From positions 1-57,295 of IMG/VR virus record IMGVR_UViG_3300037851_000332: a stretch of DNA of 57,295 bases, one strand, 5' to 3'. The translations under genes and the position numbers were made by a program. Positions 8,198 through 16,642 of this stretch are shown one piece after another; within the stretch, counting starts at the first letter, position 1, and the number at the start of each line of letters is the position of its first letter. Below the pieces are notes generated by a model. That model was not told the DNA's origin. It searched no databases and worked only from the letters and a program-made list of their open reading frames with translations. The DNA is from a virus. Taxonomy: Duplodnaviria > Caudoviricetes.

Positions 8198-8644
8198 TCA
8201 TACCTTTCCACAGGCCCTCCCCAAGACCCACGCTTCCTGAACGTTATAGCCGGCCAACGCGGTCGGCTTATCGAACATTGGGTCCAACACGTCGTGGCCG
8301 TCGAAGGCTACCGCGTGATACTTGGTATCAAGCGTACAGATCAGGATCGCTCGCCGCTTCGTTATAGCGTGCAAGAACCGACGGACAGGCTCCTTATAGA
8401 GGTCTCTGCCTTCCAGCATCGGGCGCGTCTCTACGACATAGAAGCACTTGCCCGCTTGATGAGCAAAGTCCTGGCAATCCGTGAGCAGTAGCCCACGATA
8501 CTTGAGGTTCCCAGCTAGATCAGGGAACCAGATATCAAGGTCGTCCACGCCCAAGACCTCTAGAATACGTTCGGGCGTGGAGTCCATGACCATGGCGAGG
8601 CTATACAGCACACACCTGGGTTCAGTCGTGGTTAGGTGTCTCAC
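8198..8644 (-). CDS. Peptidase C39-like papain-fold protein
   Basis: N-terminal C-x4-LAM, HAVAFDG and DP giving a Cys-His-Asp triad. Confidence 0.6.
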   Translation of the reverse strand: MRHLTTTEPRCVLYSLAMVMDSTPERILEVLGVDDLDIWFPDLAGNLKYRGLLLTDCQDFAHQAGKCFYVVETRPMLEGRDLYKEPVRRFLHAITKRRAILICTLDTKYHAVAFDGHDVLDPMFDKPTALAGYNVQEAWVLGRACGKV

Positions 8645-9099
8645 GCATCCTCCAATAATGATTCAGGTATCTCGATCACCGTGTCAGCTACAGCCCGTAG
8701 CTCACGGGATACTCCACACGCCAACACTACCACCACCGATCCCATGTCCCGCAAGCGCCGCACAGCAGGAGCCATATCGCCATCGGCGGACCCCAGCACA
8801 ATCTTACCCATGCGTGGCGCCAGCATATCGTCGTACATTCCAACATCCCAATCGGCTTTCTGCTTGCCATTGCGGAATGTCTTAAGGTGCTTGAACTTGG
8901 TTTCCCAGCCCTGCTTCTGGAGGGCGTGGATGAATGCTTTGGCCTCGGCGCCCGAGTAGGCTCCGTAGGCTACACACCTAGTCAAGGTGCCTAGGTCGAG
9001 GCAGAACTCCCTATATTTGGAGTAGTCCAGGTGCCTACCGAACCGTTTGCGCAGACAATAATACATATTTGAGACATCAACGTAGATTCCTAGTTGCAT
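8641..9099 (-). CDS. NYN domain (LabA/DUF88, PIN-like) ribonuclease
   Basis: IYVDVSN, KADWDVGM, SADGDMAP, SRELRAVAD. Confidence 0.9.
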   Translation of the reverse strand: MQLGIYVDVSNMYYCLRKRFGRHLDYSKYREFCLDLGTLTRCVAYGAYSGAEAKAFIHALQKQGWETKFKHLKTFRNGKQKADWDVGMYDDMLAPRMGKIVLGSADGDMAPAVRRLRDMGSVVVVLACGVSRELRAVADTVIEIPESLLEDA

Positions 9100-9192
9100 A
9101 CCTCCCCACTATTAGAAAAAGTACAGAGCCTAATATCGCCCAAAGGGCTCCCCATCGCAGCATGATACACAATATCGGCCATAGTAGCAGGC

Positions 9193-9666
9193 CTACCGAC
9201 GCTCCAATAGCAGACACGCAACGCCAACCGGATCGATCAGCTCTCGTGCCCATTCGACTGCTTGGAGAGCCGCGCTGCTGGGTGTCTGTATCCAATCGTG
9301 GTTCCTACAGAATAGAAGTCCCTCCGCCCACAGTATGTCCATATCGGTAGTATGGATGTCAGGATCCTTGAGATCGACGCCGTACTTGAGTTCCACCATT
9401 CGGTCGATCCGATCTGTAAGATCGGCAATGTTGCATCTAGGCTTCACGTATGAGCAGATATCTCCGACGTAGGCTTCGTGGAAATCATGGCACAGTCCCT
9501 CCAGACCAATCATCTTCCAACATGCCAATGAATGTTGCAAGACAGTCCAAGGCACGATAGTGTGACCGTTGAAGCGCACTTGCCGTGAGAGGGGGATGAG
9601 GATGTCATCTGTCTCAATGCGGTCGATAGCTTCAAGGTCAAACAGTCCGCCTGAGTAGGTAATCAT
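9193..9666 (-). CDS. HD-domain phosphohydrolase (YfbR/YfdR-like 5'-deoxynucleotidase)
   Basis: RFNGHT, TVLQHS, HDFHEAYVGD. Confidence 0.85.
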   Translation of the reverse strand: MITYSGGLFDLEAIDRIETDDILIPLSRQVRFNGHTIVPWTVLQHSLACWKMIGLEGLCHDFHEAYVGDICSYVKPRCNIADLTDRIDRMVELKYGVDLKDPDIHTTDMDILWAEGLLFCRNHDWIQTPSSAALQAVEWARELIDPVGVACLLLERR

Positions 9667-9941
9667 TTCCATAGCTTGGCCAAAAGGCGCTTCTGCAAGC
9701 GTCCACTCGTTAGTAGTACGATAGCATGGCGGCAATCACGGCGTTCAAGTCCAGTCAACCGGAGCCGCTTGATGATCGCTTCTATGATACACAATATCTG
9801 GCTGCCGGCCTCCGTCAGACGAACAACTCGGAAACCATGTAGCAACTCAGCCAAATAGAGCCGGTCACTTAGTTGTCCGACGCGATGGCGTTGGGCAAGG
9901 TCGAGTAGTCTGAATAGGCAGTAGTATTCACGCAGGTCCAT
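9663..9941 (-). CDS. Hypothetical protein
   Basis: GGAGG RBS; ATGA coupling. Confidence 0.55.
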   Translation of the reverse strand: MDLREYYCLFRLLDLAQRHRVGQLSDRLYLAELLHGFRVVRLTEAGSQILCIIEAIIKRLRLTGLERRDCRHAIVLLTSGRLQKRLLAKLWK

Positions 9942-10128
9942 GTTTCCTCCAGCAGTCTAGGCACAGGAAGCGCTGTTTGTTATACACTTGCACATATTGA
10001 TCGGCAGCGTACCCGCACCTGTCACAGTGCTTCCACGACCGTTGCTCATCGCAGGTGCAGGTCTCGCGTGGCTCGGTAGTTTGTGAGCCACACCGTGTGC
10101 AGCGATACACGGTATCAGTGACGATCAT
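9928..10128 (-). CDS. Cys-rich zinc-finger protein
   Basis: Multiple CxxC pairs. Confidence 0.55.
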   Translation of the reverse strand: MIVTDTVYRCTRCGSQTTEPRETCTCDEQRSWKHCDRCGYAADQYVQVYNKQRFLCLDCWRKHGPA

Positions 10129-10418
10129 ACTGCACAATACACTGCTATGGTCTTACCGTCCACAATATCGTCCCACCCAGCCCGAGTGATCTCACCATGG
10201 CGCTGATAGTAATAGATCACGTTTCCATGGCCCATTTCTCTGATCTGCTCCCTATTCAATGGCCCGACACGTTTCAGTAGCTTTGGCAATGTCTCTTTCT
10301 CCACTTGAGGTACAGGTACCAAAGGTGGGCGAGCAGGATCGAACTTGTGCACGTGGCGCTTACGAAGGCTGGCTAGGCCTCGTGTGGCTCCGAAGACGGA
10401 AGTTTTGCGGTACGTCAT
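10125..10418 (-). CDS. Hypothetical protein (possible winged helix)
   Basis: ATGA-coupled ORF. Confidence 0.55.
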   Translation of the reverse strand: MTYRKTSVFGATRGLASLRKRHVHKFDPARPPLVPVPQVEKETLPKLLKRVGPLNREQIREMGHGNVIYYYQRHGEITRAGWDDIVDGKTIAVYCAV

Positions 10419-10705
10419 ACGACACCCGCTGCATGCACTAAGCAGCCTCGCTGCAAGCAGACCGGACACTCTGTGATCGCCTCGTAGACGGAACCTTGCA
10501 AATAGTCGTGGACCTGGAAGGCTGCACGGAATGCTGATAGGAAGGCTTTGCCGTGGTCGTGGCTACGTAGGTCGCCGAGGTGGATAACAACTGCATTGCG
10601 CGATGCCGATATCTCATACGGGCCGAAGGCTTCGTCGCCATCGAAATCTGCCGCGAATGTGACAACAGTGCCATCCATGATCGTGGTGCGTTGTCGGTGT
10701 TTCAT
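10415..10705 (-). CDS. Hypothetical protein
   Basis: GGAGG RBS; ATGA coupling. Confidence 0.6.
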   Translation of the reverse strand: MKHRQRTTIMDGTVVTFAADFDGDEAFGPYEISASRNAVVIHLGDLRSHDHGKAFLSAFRAAFQVHDYLQGSVYEAITECPVCLQRGCLVHAAGVV

Positions 10706-11061
10706 GCCGGCCTCCACAAGTAAGACAGCACTCCAGACGCACACATACGTTCCCACAGTTCGAGTGGCACGCGCGCTGGCCAACCAGTCTCTAGGCAAGT
10801 GATTATCACACGCCCGGTACCTGATTTACCAACAACTCGGCGAACCTGGTACTGGTAGACTACGCCCATATGCAATACTTGTACCGTGTCGCCAACTTTC
10901 GGAGCACTGTTGATACCAGCCTGGCTAATCATACGGCATATAGTCTGCAACCGTTCGGCCAGGTCACAGGCGTCTGGCGATATGTTAAAAGACTTCGTGG
11001 GTCCGAAGTACGCGTCATATACATTCTCGTAAGCACGAGCCAGTTCAAGTAGTTCGTTCAT
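10702..11061 (-). CDS. Hypothetical protein
   Basis: Coupled ORF in operon. Confidence 0.6.
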   Translation of the reverse strand: MNELLELARAYENVYDAYFGPTKSFNISPDACDLAERLQTICRMISQAGINSAPKVGDTVQVLHMGVVYQYQVRRVVGKSGTGRVIITCLETGWPARVPLELWERMCASGVLSYLWRPA

Positions 11062-11393
11062 AATAGGTACATGCTCCAGTTATAACGTGTGAGGAGTTTC
11101 TTATATTCATCAGTGGTCGCTCCGGTAAGTACCCACACACCTGCGCCGTGCGCGCAGAACAATGGGAAGTCCCTAAGCTGGGCCGGAGTGAACTTCGAGC
11201 CTTTCATATCCGGAAGTTTGACCTCTATCCAGCGCCCTCCGTAGACAGGATGGCTGGCAAAGAGGTCAGGGAATCCACTCTGATACATATTGCCGTGCGT
11301 CTCTTTGACAAACCAACCATAGTTGCGCAACATGCAAATGATCTCGTGCTGGATCTTATCTTCCGGCCGCTTCCGAGTGACGATCTTATCCAA
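11058..11393 (-). CDS. VRR-NUC domain nuclease
   Basis: E..IQ, GFPDL, WIEVK, TPAQ motifs. Confidence 0.88.
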   Translation of the reverse strand: MDKIVTRKRPEDKIQHEIICMLRNYGWFVKETHGNMYQSGFPDLFASHPVYGGRWIEVKLPDMKGSKFTPAQLRDFPLFCAHGAGVWVLTGATTDEYKKLLTRYNWSMYLL

Positions 11394-11772
11394 GGATCAA
11401 TTTGAGCATAGCCAGCACGGTTGGCTTAAGCTTCTGCTTGCCGATGTTGGCCTTGAATGTGTCAAGTTTGATATCCGGTATCCGGATATCGATCTCAAGT
11501 TCTCCCAGCCGTTCTAGTTCGGCGCGACCGTCTGGCGTGAGGCGGTGGGCTTCACCGTTCGGTGTGGTGATGCTGATGGGCCTATCATTAGCATCCCGTT
11601 CGCAGAGGGTACTGATAATCCGCTTTCTTGCAGCCTCCAGGATCTTGACCTTTTCCTCGACCGCAAAAATGGCCTCAGCCACGGTGAGGGCGAAGTCTGC
11701 TTCGAAGGCTAGGTCACCCAAGCCAGCTAGGCCAGCTTGGATGGTGAGGAGTTGATTATTGGTGATCTTCAT
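11386..11772 (-). CDS. Hypothetical protein
   Basis: AGGAGG RBS; overlapping ends. Confidence 0.7.
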   Translation of the reverse strand: MKITNNQLLTIQAGLAGLGDLAFEADFALTVAEAIFAVEEKVKILEAARKRIISTLCERDANDRPISITTPNGEAHRLTPDGRAELERLGELEIDIRIPDIKLDTFKANIGKQKLKPTVLAMLKLILG

Positions 11773-12008
11773 CTTGCCTCCTTGATTATGGCGACAATCA
11801 GGAACCGGATTGCCCGGTAGTAGTCACCGCTGGCGATGCTTTCGATAGCTCGCACGGCGCACATCTGCGGAGTGACGTGGTTGAGCCAGATATTCTGCAC
11901 TATAGGGTCTGGGCCCACCAAGGTATCAAGCGTGAACGGCAGTCCACGAATGACCCGACGTATAGCTGATTTATTCAACGGGCGTCTCCTTGTAGTAGCG
12001 TCGATCAA
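11769..12008 (-). CDS. Hypothetical protein
   Basis: ORF in operon; start uncertain. Confidence 0.55.
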   Translation of the reverse strand: MIDATTRRRPLNKSAIRRVIRGLPFTLDTLVGPDPIVQNIWLNHVTPQMCAVRAIESIASGDYYRAIRFLIVAIIKEAR

Positions 12009-12351
12009 CGGCGGTGCGCTTGCCAGCTGCCGTGAACAGCGATTGTTTCACAGCCTTACGCAGGTTTCTGAGTGCAGCCGTAAGTAGCAGAACCTCGCGC
12101 AAGTCCTCCTCACCCATGGCCTTGTACATCTTCCAGGTTTCTGGAGGCAGTAGCTTCCAGATCTGATCGTACTCATCCATGAGTGTGTTCAGAACCGACA
12201 CGCGTGTCCAGATGTAACGTAGCTCAGTCAGCGGCTCCTGATCTAGGAGTTCTAGGATATCTTTACGCACAGGGCGTACATCGTAGTTGTCTAGCCTAAA
12301 GGCTATGGCCTTGATACGGTGTATCAGGTCAGTAGCAGTCTTTGTTGTCAA
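11971..12351 (-). CDS. Hypothetical protein
   Basis: AAGGAGG RBS before TTG. Confidence 0.65.
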   Translation of the reverse strand: MTTKTATDLIHRIKAIAFRLDNYDVRPVRKDILELLDQEPLTELRYIWTRVSVLNTLMDEYDQIWKLLPPETWKMYKAMGEEDLREVLLLTAALRNLRKAVKQSLFTAAGKRTAVDRRYYKETPVE

Positions 12352-12751
12352 TGAGACCCTCCTTCCTCATCCAGAACAGGCACTGTTCCCTAGTGAACGT
12401 ACACACGCCACGTATCCCCCTAAAATACAATCTCTTGCGTAATAGGTCAACAGTAAGATACGCTAGCCCAGCACGTTGCTTACGGAACCAATACTTGAGC
12501 TTCGATAGGTCACGTGTTTTGATAGCCACAAACGAGTGGTCAGCATTGTCACGAACAATTGCGTCTTTCACAAGAGCACGATTCATGTATGACCGAAGCA
12601 TCAGGAGCTTTTTGATGTCCGATGCTAGGCGCATGTCCTCAGCCTGAAAAGTAGCCTCGCGTGCAATGATCTGCTTAGCTATTTCTCGGCCCAAGTCTTC
12701 AGATTTTGCATCCACTCCATCTTTATCAATGGGATGTGCTTCCTCAGGCAC
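12329..12751 (-). CDS. Hypothetical protein (start uncertain)
   Basis: ORF immediately downstream of the polymerase gene. Confidence 0.55.
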   Translation of the reverse strand: MPEEAHPIDKDGVDAKSEDLGREIAKQIIAREATFQAEDMRLASDIKKLLMLRSYMNRALVKDAIVRDNADHSFVAIKTRDLSKLKYWFRKQRAGLAYLTVDLLRKRLYFRGIRGVCTFTREQCLFWMRKEGLIDNKDCY

Positions 12752-14982
12752 TCGACCTCCCGATTCACAGTACCATGTACTGCGTCAACTACGTCTGGTG
12801 AACACGGACACATAATTTCGTCATGAACGTTCATAGGGATCACTCGCCAGCTACTTACACCGACTGGCTGATGAGCCCACACAGCTACTTGAACCCGCTT
12901 TGTAGCTTGCGCACCGGTACTCTGTATCTCGTGGTTAGCCGCAGCCCGCATGTTACCGGCTTGGATCCGGAAGGCTGAACCGAACAAAGCCGAACGTGTT
13001 GCGCCACAGGCCGTCTGCTCACGGTCACGACGCACCACCTTGACCTTCACTTTCAACCATTCCTTGGGTGGATCTTCCGCTAGATCAAACAGGATCTTAC
13101 AGATACGGTTTTCCAAGGTGAAGTACCGCTTGAACCCGAACAACGACTCGCAATAGTCAGCTGGACTATGCCACTCAACCTTAGACCCGAGGCCATTAGG
13201 TTGACGCATCGAACAGAACTTATCGAACGTTTTGCGCCTAGCCTCGCCCCATTGCTTGTATTTCCCGATCCAACGCTGGTAGGCTTCGTTGGCAGCGGCT
13301 TCGGTCACGCCTACGCGGGAGACCAATGTTGCAGCTTCACCGCCATACAGCATGGCGAACACGCCATTCTTGGATCTCGAGTACTTGTTCTTATCGCCCT
13401 CCAGTTTTGCTGTGGCCAAGATCTCTTCGTAAGTCATCGGTGCAAACAGACATGTCCCGAACAGTGCGTGGATCTTTTTCCCTAACAGCAGATCCTGGCG
13501 CAGCGCCAAGTCCTGATACACAGCATCAGCGATTGTGACCTCGAAGCCATCGAAATCGCCGCCGCCTAGCTGCATACCCGGCCAGGCCAGTGGAAAGCAC
13601 GCCCTCACTTTCTTGGCATGGTTGATACCTTGCGGGTTCAAGCCATCTGCACCGCTCATACGCCCAGAGAGGGCACCAATCACTTTGAGTGATACGTGAA
13701 ACCGCCCGGCCGCTAAGAGCTTATCATACAGTTCGATCTCTTTCGATGCCTTGCGATAATCAATGATCGCTTGAGCGCGCTCGGCAGCTTGGTGCGGTTC
13801 ATCTGACTTGATAAGGCCATCCTCGCACTCGGGGCAGCCAGCGCCCAAGCACTTATCGCAAACCGTTTCTTGGCGCCACTTGGCTATACTCTCTAGGATG
13901 ATCTTGCCCGTGCTTAGGCGACCATCCTTAAGCATCACCACCCTCTCCGTTGGGGACAAGGCTGATTCTAAGTATCTCACGCAAACGTCTGGAGAATTGA
14001 AGTTCCATTCGGTACTAGAAAGGTGCTTAACGGCCGTGTCACGCAGGCTCTTGAGGGCCTCAACGTCAATAGCTAGGCCCTTCCAGCGCACCGATCCAAC
14101 CATGCACGCCAGGATAGAATCATCGTCGTTTGGCGGTGGGGATCCGAAATGCTCATACAACTTGCTGGTGTAGATAACGTCATCAGCTGCGTACCGTCTC
14201 GCGACCTTATTGAACGCCCAATGTGAGATATGAGCCCGGATGATATTGGGCCAAGTTCCTCTCCAGTCTCCTCGCTTACCAAGCGCGGTACAAAATGGCG
14301 CGTAGCCGAGTTCTTCCGGAGGCGGAGGAGGTTCAGTCTGCTTGAATATAAGTACATTCTCAGCCTCCAAGCCTAGCGCGTCTTGAGCTAGGGCCTTCAA
14401 TGCAGACGAGGGAGCGAACTCCAAAACCAGATTCTTGAGATCGGGATTCAAGTTGCCCAGGTCATCATGGATATCGCGGACCACCCATCGACGCTTCGGG
14501 TCAGACTTACGTGCAAAGTACACGTCCTTGAGTTCCAACCTTTTATCTAATTCAGCAGCGAGCATCCAGGCTAATGCGGTAGGCACACGCTTGATGATTA
14601 CGTCTTCGCGGTCCATCAAGGTTTGGTACGGCCCTTTCTTCGCGTGCAGCATAATATCACAACACCCGACGGGCTTAATACAGGGGCCGTCACGAGCCTC
14701 AGCTTCGCGTTCGGCTATGTCATCAATATGATCGGCAGGGATCCAATCTGGGTCATGGAGTAGAAACATCGTATATATCTTCTGCAATTGGAACCAGTCG
14801 AATGCTAAGTTGAACCCTACTACGGTCTTTGTGGTTAGCCGCTCGATAAGTTCAAGAGTCTCACGGATCGGGTTCAACCACAGATCGTAGAGTTCGACGC
14901 CGTGCCCTTCATCGTACTGCAACAATACGGCTGGGCCGGTTAGCCCGCAGGTTTCTGTATCAAGGAATACTAGTTCACTCAT
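12679..14982 (-). CDS. Family A DNA polymerase with 3'-5' exonuclease
   Basis: DTET, FNLAFD, YAADD exonuclease motifs; SGRMS, DFDGFE (motif A), KNGVFAMLYG (motif B), VHDE (motif C). Confidence 0.93.
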   Translation of the reverse strand: MSELVFLDTETCGLTGPAVLLQYDEGHGVELYDLWLNPIRETLELIERLTTKTVVGFNLAFDWFQLQKIYTMFLLHDPDWIPADHIDDIAEREAEARDGPCIKPVGCCDIMLHAKKGPYQTLMDREDVIIKRVPTALAWMLAAELDKRLELKDVYFARKSDPKRRWVVRDIHDDLGNLNPDLKNLVLEFAPSSALKALAQDALGLEAENVLIFKQTEPPPPPEELGYAPFCTALGKRGDWRGTWPNIIRAHISHWAFNKVARRYAADDVIYTSKLYEHFGSPPPNDDDSILACMVGSVRWKGLAIDVEALKSLRDTAVKHLSSTEWNFNSPDVCVRYLESALSPTERVVMLKDGRLSTGKIILESIAKWRQETVCDKCLGAGCPECEDGLIKSDEPHQAAERAQAIIDYRKASKEIELYDKLLAAGRFHVSLKVIGALSGRMSGADGLNPQGINHAKKVRACFPLAWPGMQLGGGDFDGFEVTIADAVYQDLALRQDLLLGKKIHALFGTCLFAPMTYEEILATAKLEGDKNKYSRSKNGVFAMLYGGEAATLVSRVGVTEAAANEAYQRWIGKYKQWGEARRKTFDKFCSMRQPNGLGSKVEWHSPADYCESLFGFKRYFTLENRICKILFDLAEDPPKEWLKVKVKVVRRDREQTACGATRSALFGSAFRIQAGNMRAAANHEIQSTGAQATKRVQVAVWAHQPVGVSSWRVIPMNVHDEIMCPCSPDVVDAVHGTVNREVECLRKHIPLIKMEWMQNLKTWAEK

Positions 14983-15193
14983 CGGGCTCTAATTCTATCA
15001 GGATAGCTTCGAGGATCTTGTACTCTGGATCTCTGAGCTCCACTACGGACCCAGCGTGGGAGACAGACTCTATATACAGGTCGCCACCCTCCTCAGGATC
15101 ATGGAATGTCGCCGGACGGTATTTCGTAAAAGAATACTTGACCCTCAGCTCCAAGTCAACGCCGAAGGCTGTGACTGTGATGTCGGAGATCAT
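14975..15193 (-). CDS. Hypothetical protein
   Basis: PAT..DPEE motif common in small phage proteins; coupled ORF. Confidence 0.65.
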   Translation of the reverse strand: MISDITVTAFGVDLELRVKYSFTKYRPATFHDPEEGGDLYIESVSHAGSVVELRDPEYKILEAILIELEPDE

Positions 15194-15390
15194 CGCTTCG
15201 CCGTATGTGCAAGTATGAGGTTGTAGGTCATGCGTGCAAGGTCTTCGTTAAGGAAGTCCCACTTGTCACCATTAATATACACCGAGGCACCACGATGCTC
15301 GACAACTGTGATATGTGGTATCATGTAGGCCTTCTCGTGTGAGTCGTCAGACATCATCACGATGCCGACCCCTGGATTAAAGCTCGCCAT
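15190..15390 (-). CDS. Hypothetical protein
   Basis: AAGGAG RBS before ATG at 15390. Confidence 0.55.
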   Translation of the reverse strand: MASFNPGVGIVMMSDDSHEKAYMIPHITVVEHRGASVYINGDKWDFLNEDLARMTYNLILAHTAKR

Positions 15391-16183
15391 TTGCAGACTC
15401 CTTAATACGTCCTCCGCAGTCACGGACTGCGAAGTCTTGTAGTTCCTCATCGGAGACGTTTCCGGCAGCCCAAGCCAAAGCGCGAGTGGCAAAACTAGGC
15501 CCAAAGCTATCGAGCAGCCGACCCACCATGTCGCTGATTTCATTTCTGGATCTGGCACGCTTAGACTCCTTCGGTTTGGACAGTACTTGTTCGTTGGCCT
15601 TGTCCGCACTGATACCTTTATCTTTGGCATCTTTGAACTTCCTAACTGCGGCATACAGTGCGTCAGTGTTGCCGGTATTTAGGATCGTGTACAGCGCCCG
15701 AATGTTGGTCTGCTTGATGTAGCCTGCCTTAACCTCCATACGGATGTCTTCTGGCAGAGCCAGATACATCCCACGAATCTGGACCCATCCAGGTGATTTG
15801 CCAACGCGTTCGGCAATGACCTCACGCTTAACGCCAAGATGGATCAGCGACTCGATGGCCTTGGCCTCTTGGTCGAGGTCCAGGTCCGAGCGGTTCATGT
15901 TCTCGGACAGGTTGATGAACCTGGCCTCGACCTCTGTTAGAGGTTCGAGCCGAACGATACACAGAATCTCAGTCTTGCCCAAAATCTTGTGGGCCAGGGT
16001 ACGACGGAATCCCGCTATGAGCCGATATCGGTCCCCATCAGGACACACAGTCACGGGCTGAACGAGCCCGTTTTTGTTGATGTCGCGTGCCAGTTCCTCG
16101 ACATCGAGGGCCTGGATATGTCCGCGACAGTTGTAAGCCTTATCGTCGATAAGGTCTAGTGGAATGGTCTTAAGCATGGTCAT
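15377..16183 (-). CDS. ParB/RepB/Spo0J-family protein
   Basis: NCR, ELARDINKNGLVQPVTV, YRLIAGFRR, ENMNRSDL, HTH IAERVGKSPGWV. Confidence 0.9.
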   Translation of the reverse strand: MTMLKTIPLDLIDDKAYNCRGHIQALDVEELARDINKNGLVQPVTVCPDGDRYRLIAGFRRTLAHKILGKTEILCIVRLEPLTEVEARFINLSENMNRSDLDLDQEAKAIESLIHLGVKREVIAERVGKSPGWVQIRGMYLALPEDIRMEVKAGYIKQTNIRALYTILNTGNTDALYAAVRKFKDAKDKGISADKANEQVLSKPKESKRARSRNEISDMVGRLLDSFGPSFATRALAWAAGNVSDEELQDFAVRDCGGRIKESANGEL

Positions 16184-16370
16184 TATCGTCTTTCTGTATG
16201 TGAATGATTCTTGGATACTGGATATCATGATGCTCAAGGTTACCACACAACAGGCATCCATACTCATGGCCCTGGCGTTCGATGCCGTCCAGGTGAGCAA
16301 TCTCCATCATCGGGTGCCCGCAACAGAAGATATCTTCCTTGTATGGAACTACTTCAACTTTGGTTATCAT
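16170..16370 (-). CDS. Small zinc-ribbon protein
   Basis: CCGHPM...CLLCG. Confidence 0.55.
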   Translation of the reverse strand: MITKVEVVPYKEDIFCCGHPMMEIAHLDGIERQGHEYGCLLCGNLEHHDIQYPRIIHIQKDDNDHA

Positions 16371-16642
16371 TGCTGTTCACCCAATCCTCGACGGCCACAG
16401 CCGCCTAGGTTGCCGATAGTAGGCGTCTGGATGAGTCCAGCCCCCTCTTGGTCGGCTCCGCTAGGCGTGAGTGCCTCGGCACGTGCCTTGAGTTCGTCGG
16501 TACTGTAGCCCAAGATTGGCCTGGACCACTCACTCAAGAGCACGTACCGGCCGGGCAAGCGGTGCTTACGGACGGTGTGGACATGCTTGCCGTCGACATA
16601 GCCCCACTCACTTTGATACTCTGAATCACGCCACTGAATCAT
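16367..16642 (-). CDS. Hypothetical protein
   Basis: ORF in operon. Confidence 0.55.
   Translation of the reverse strand: MIQWRDSEYQSEWGYVDGKHVHTVRKHRLPGRYVLLSEWSRPILGYSTDELKARAEALTPSGADQEGAGLIQTPTIGNLGGCGRRGLGEQQ

Noticed and set aside
9193-9666. HD hydrolase plus PolA as a 2-aminoadenine (Z-DNA) pathway
   Set aside because: No PurZ or MazZ homologue is recognisable, and an adenine methylase is present
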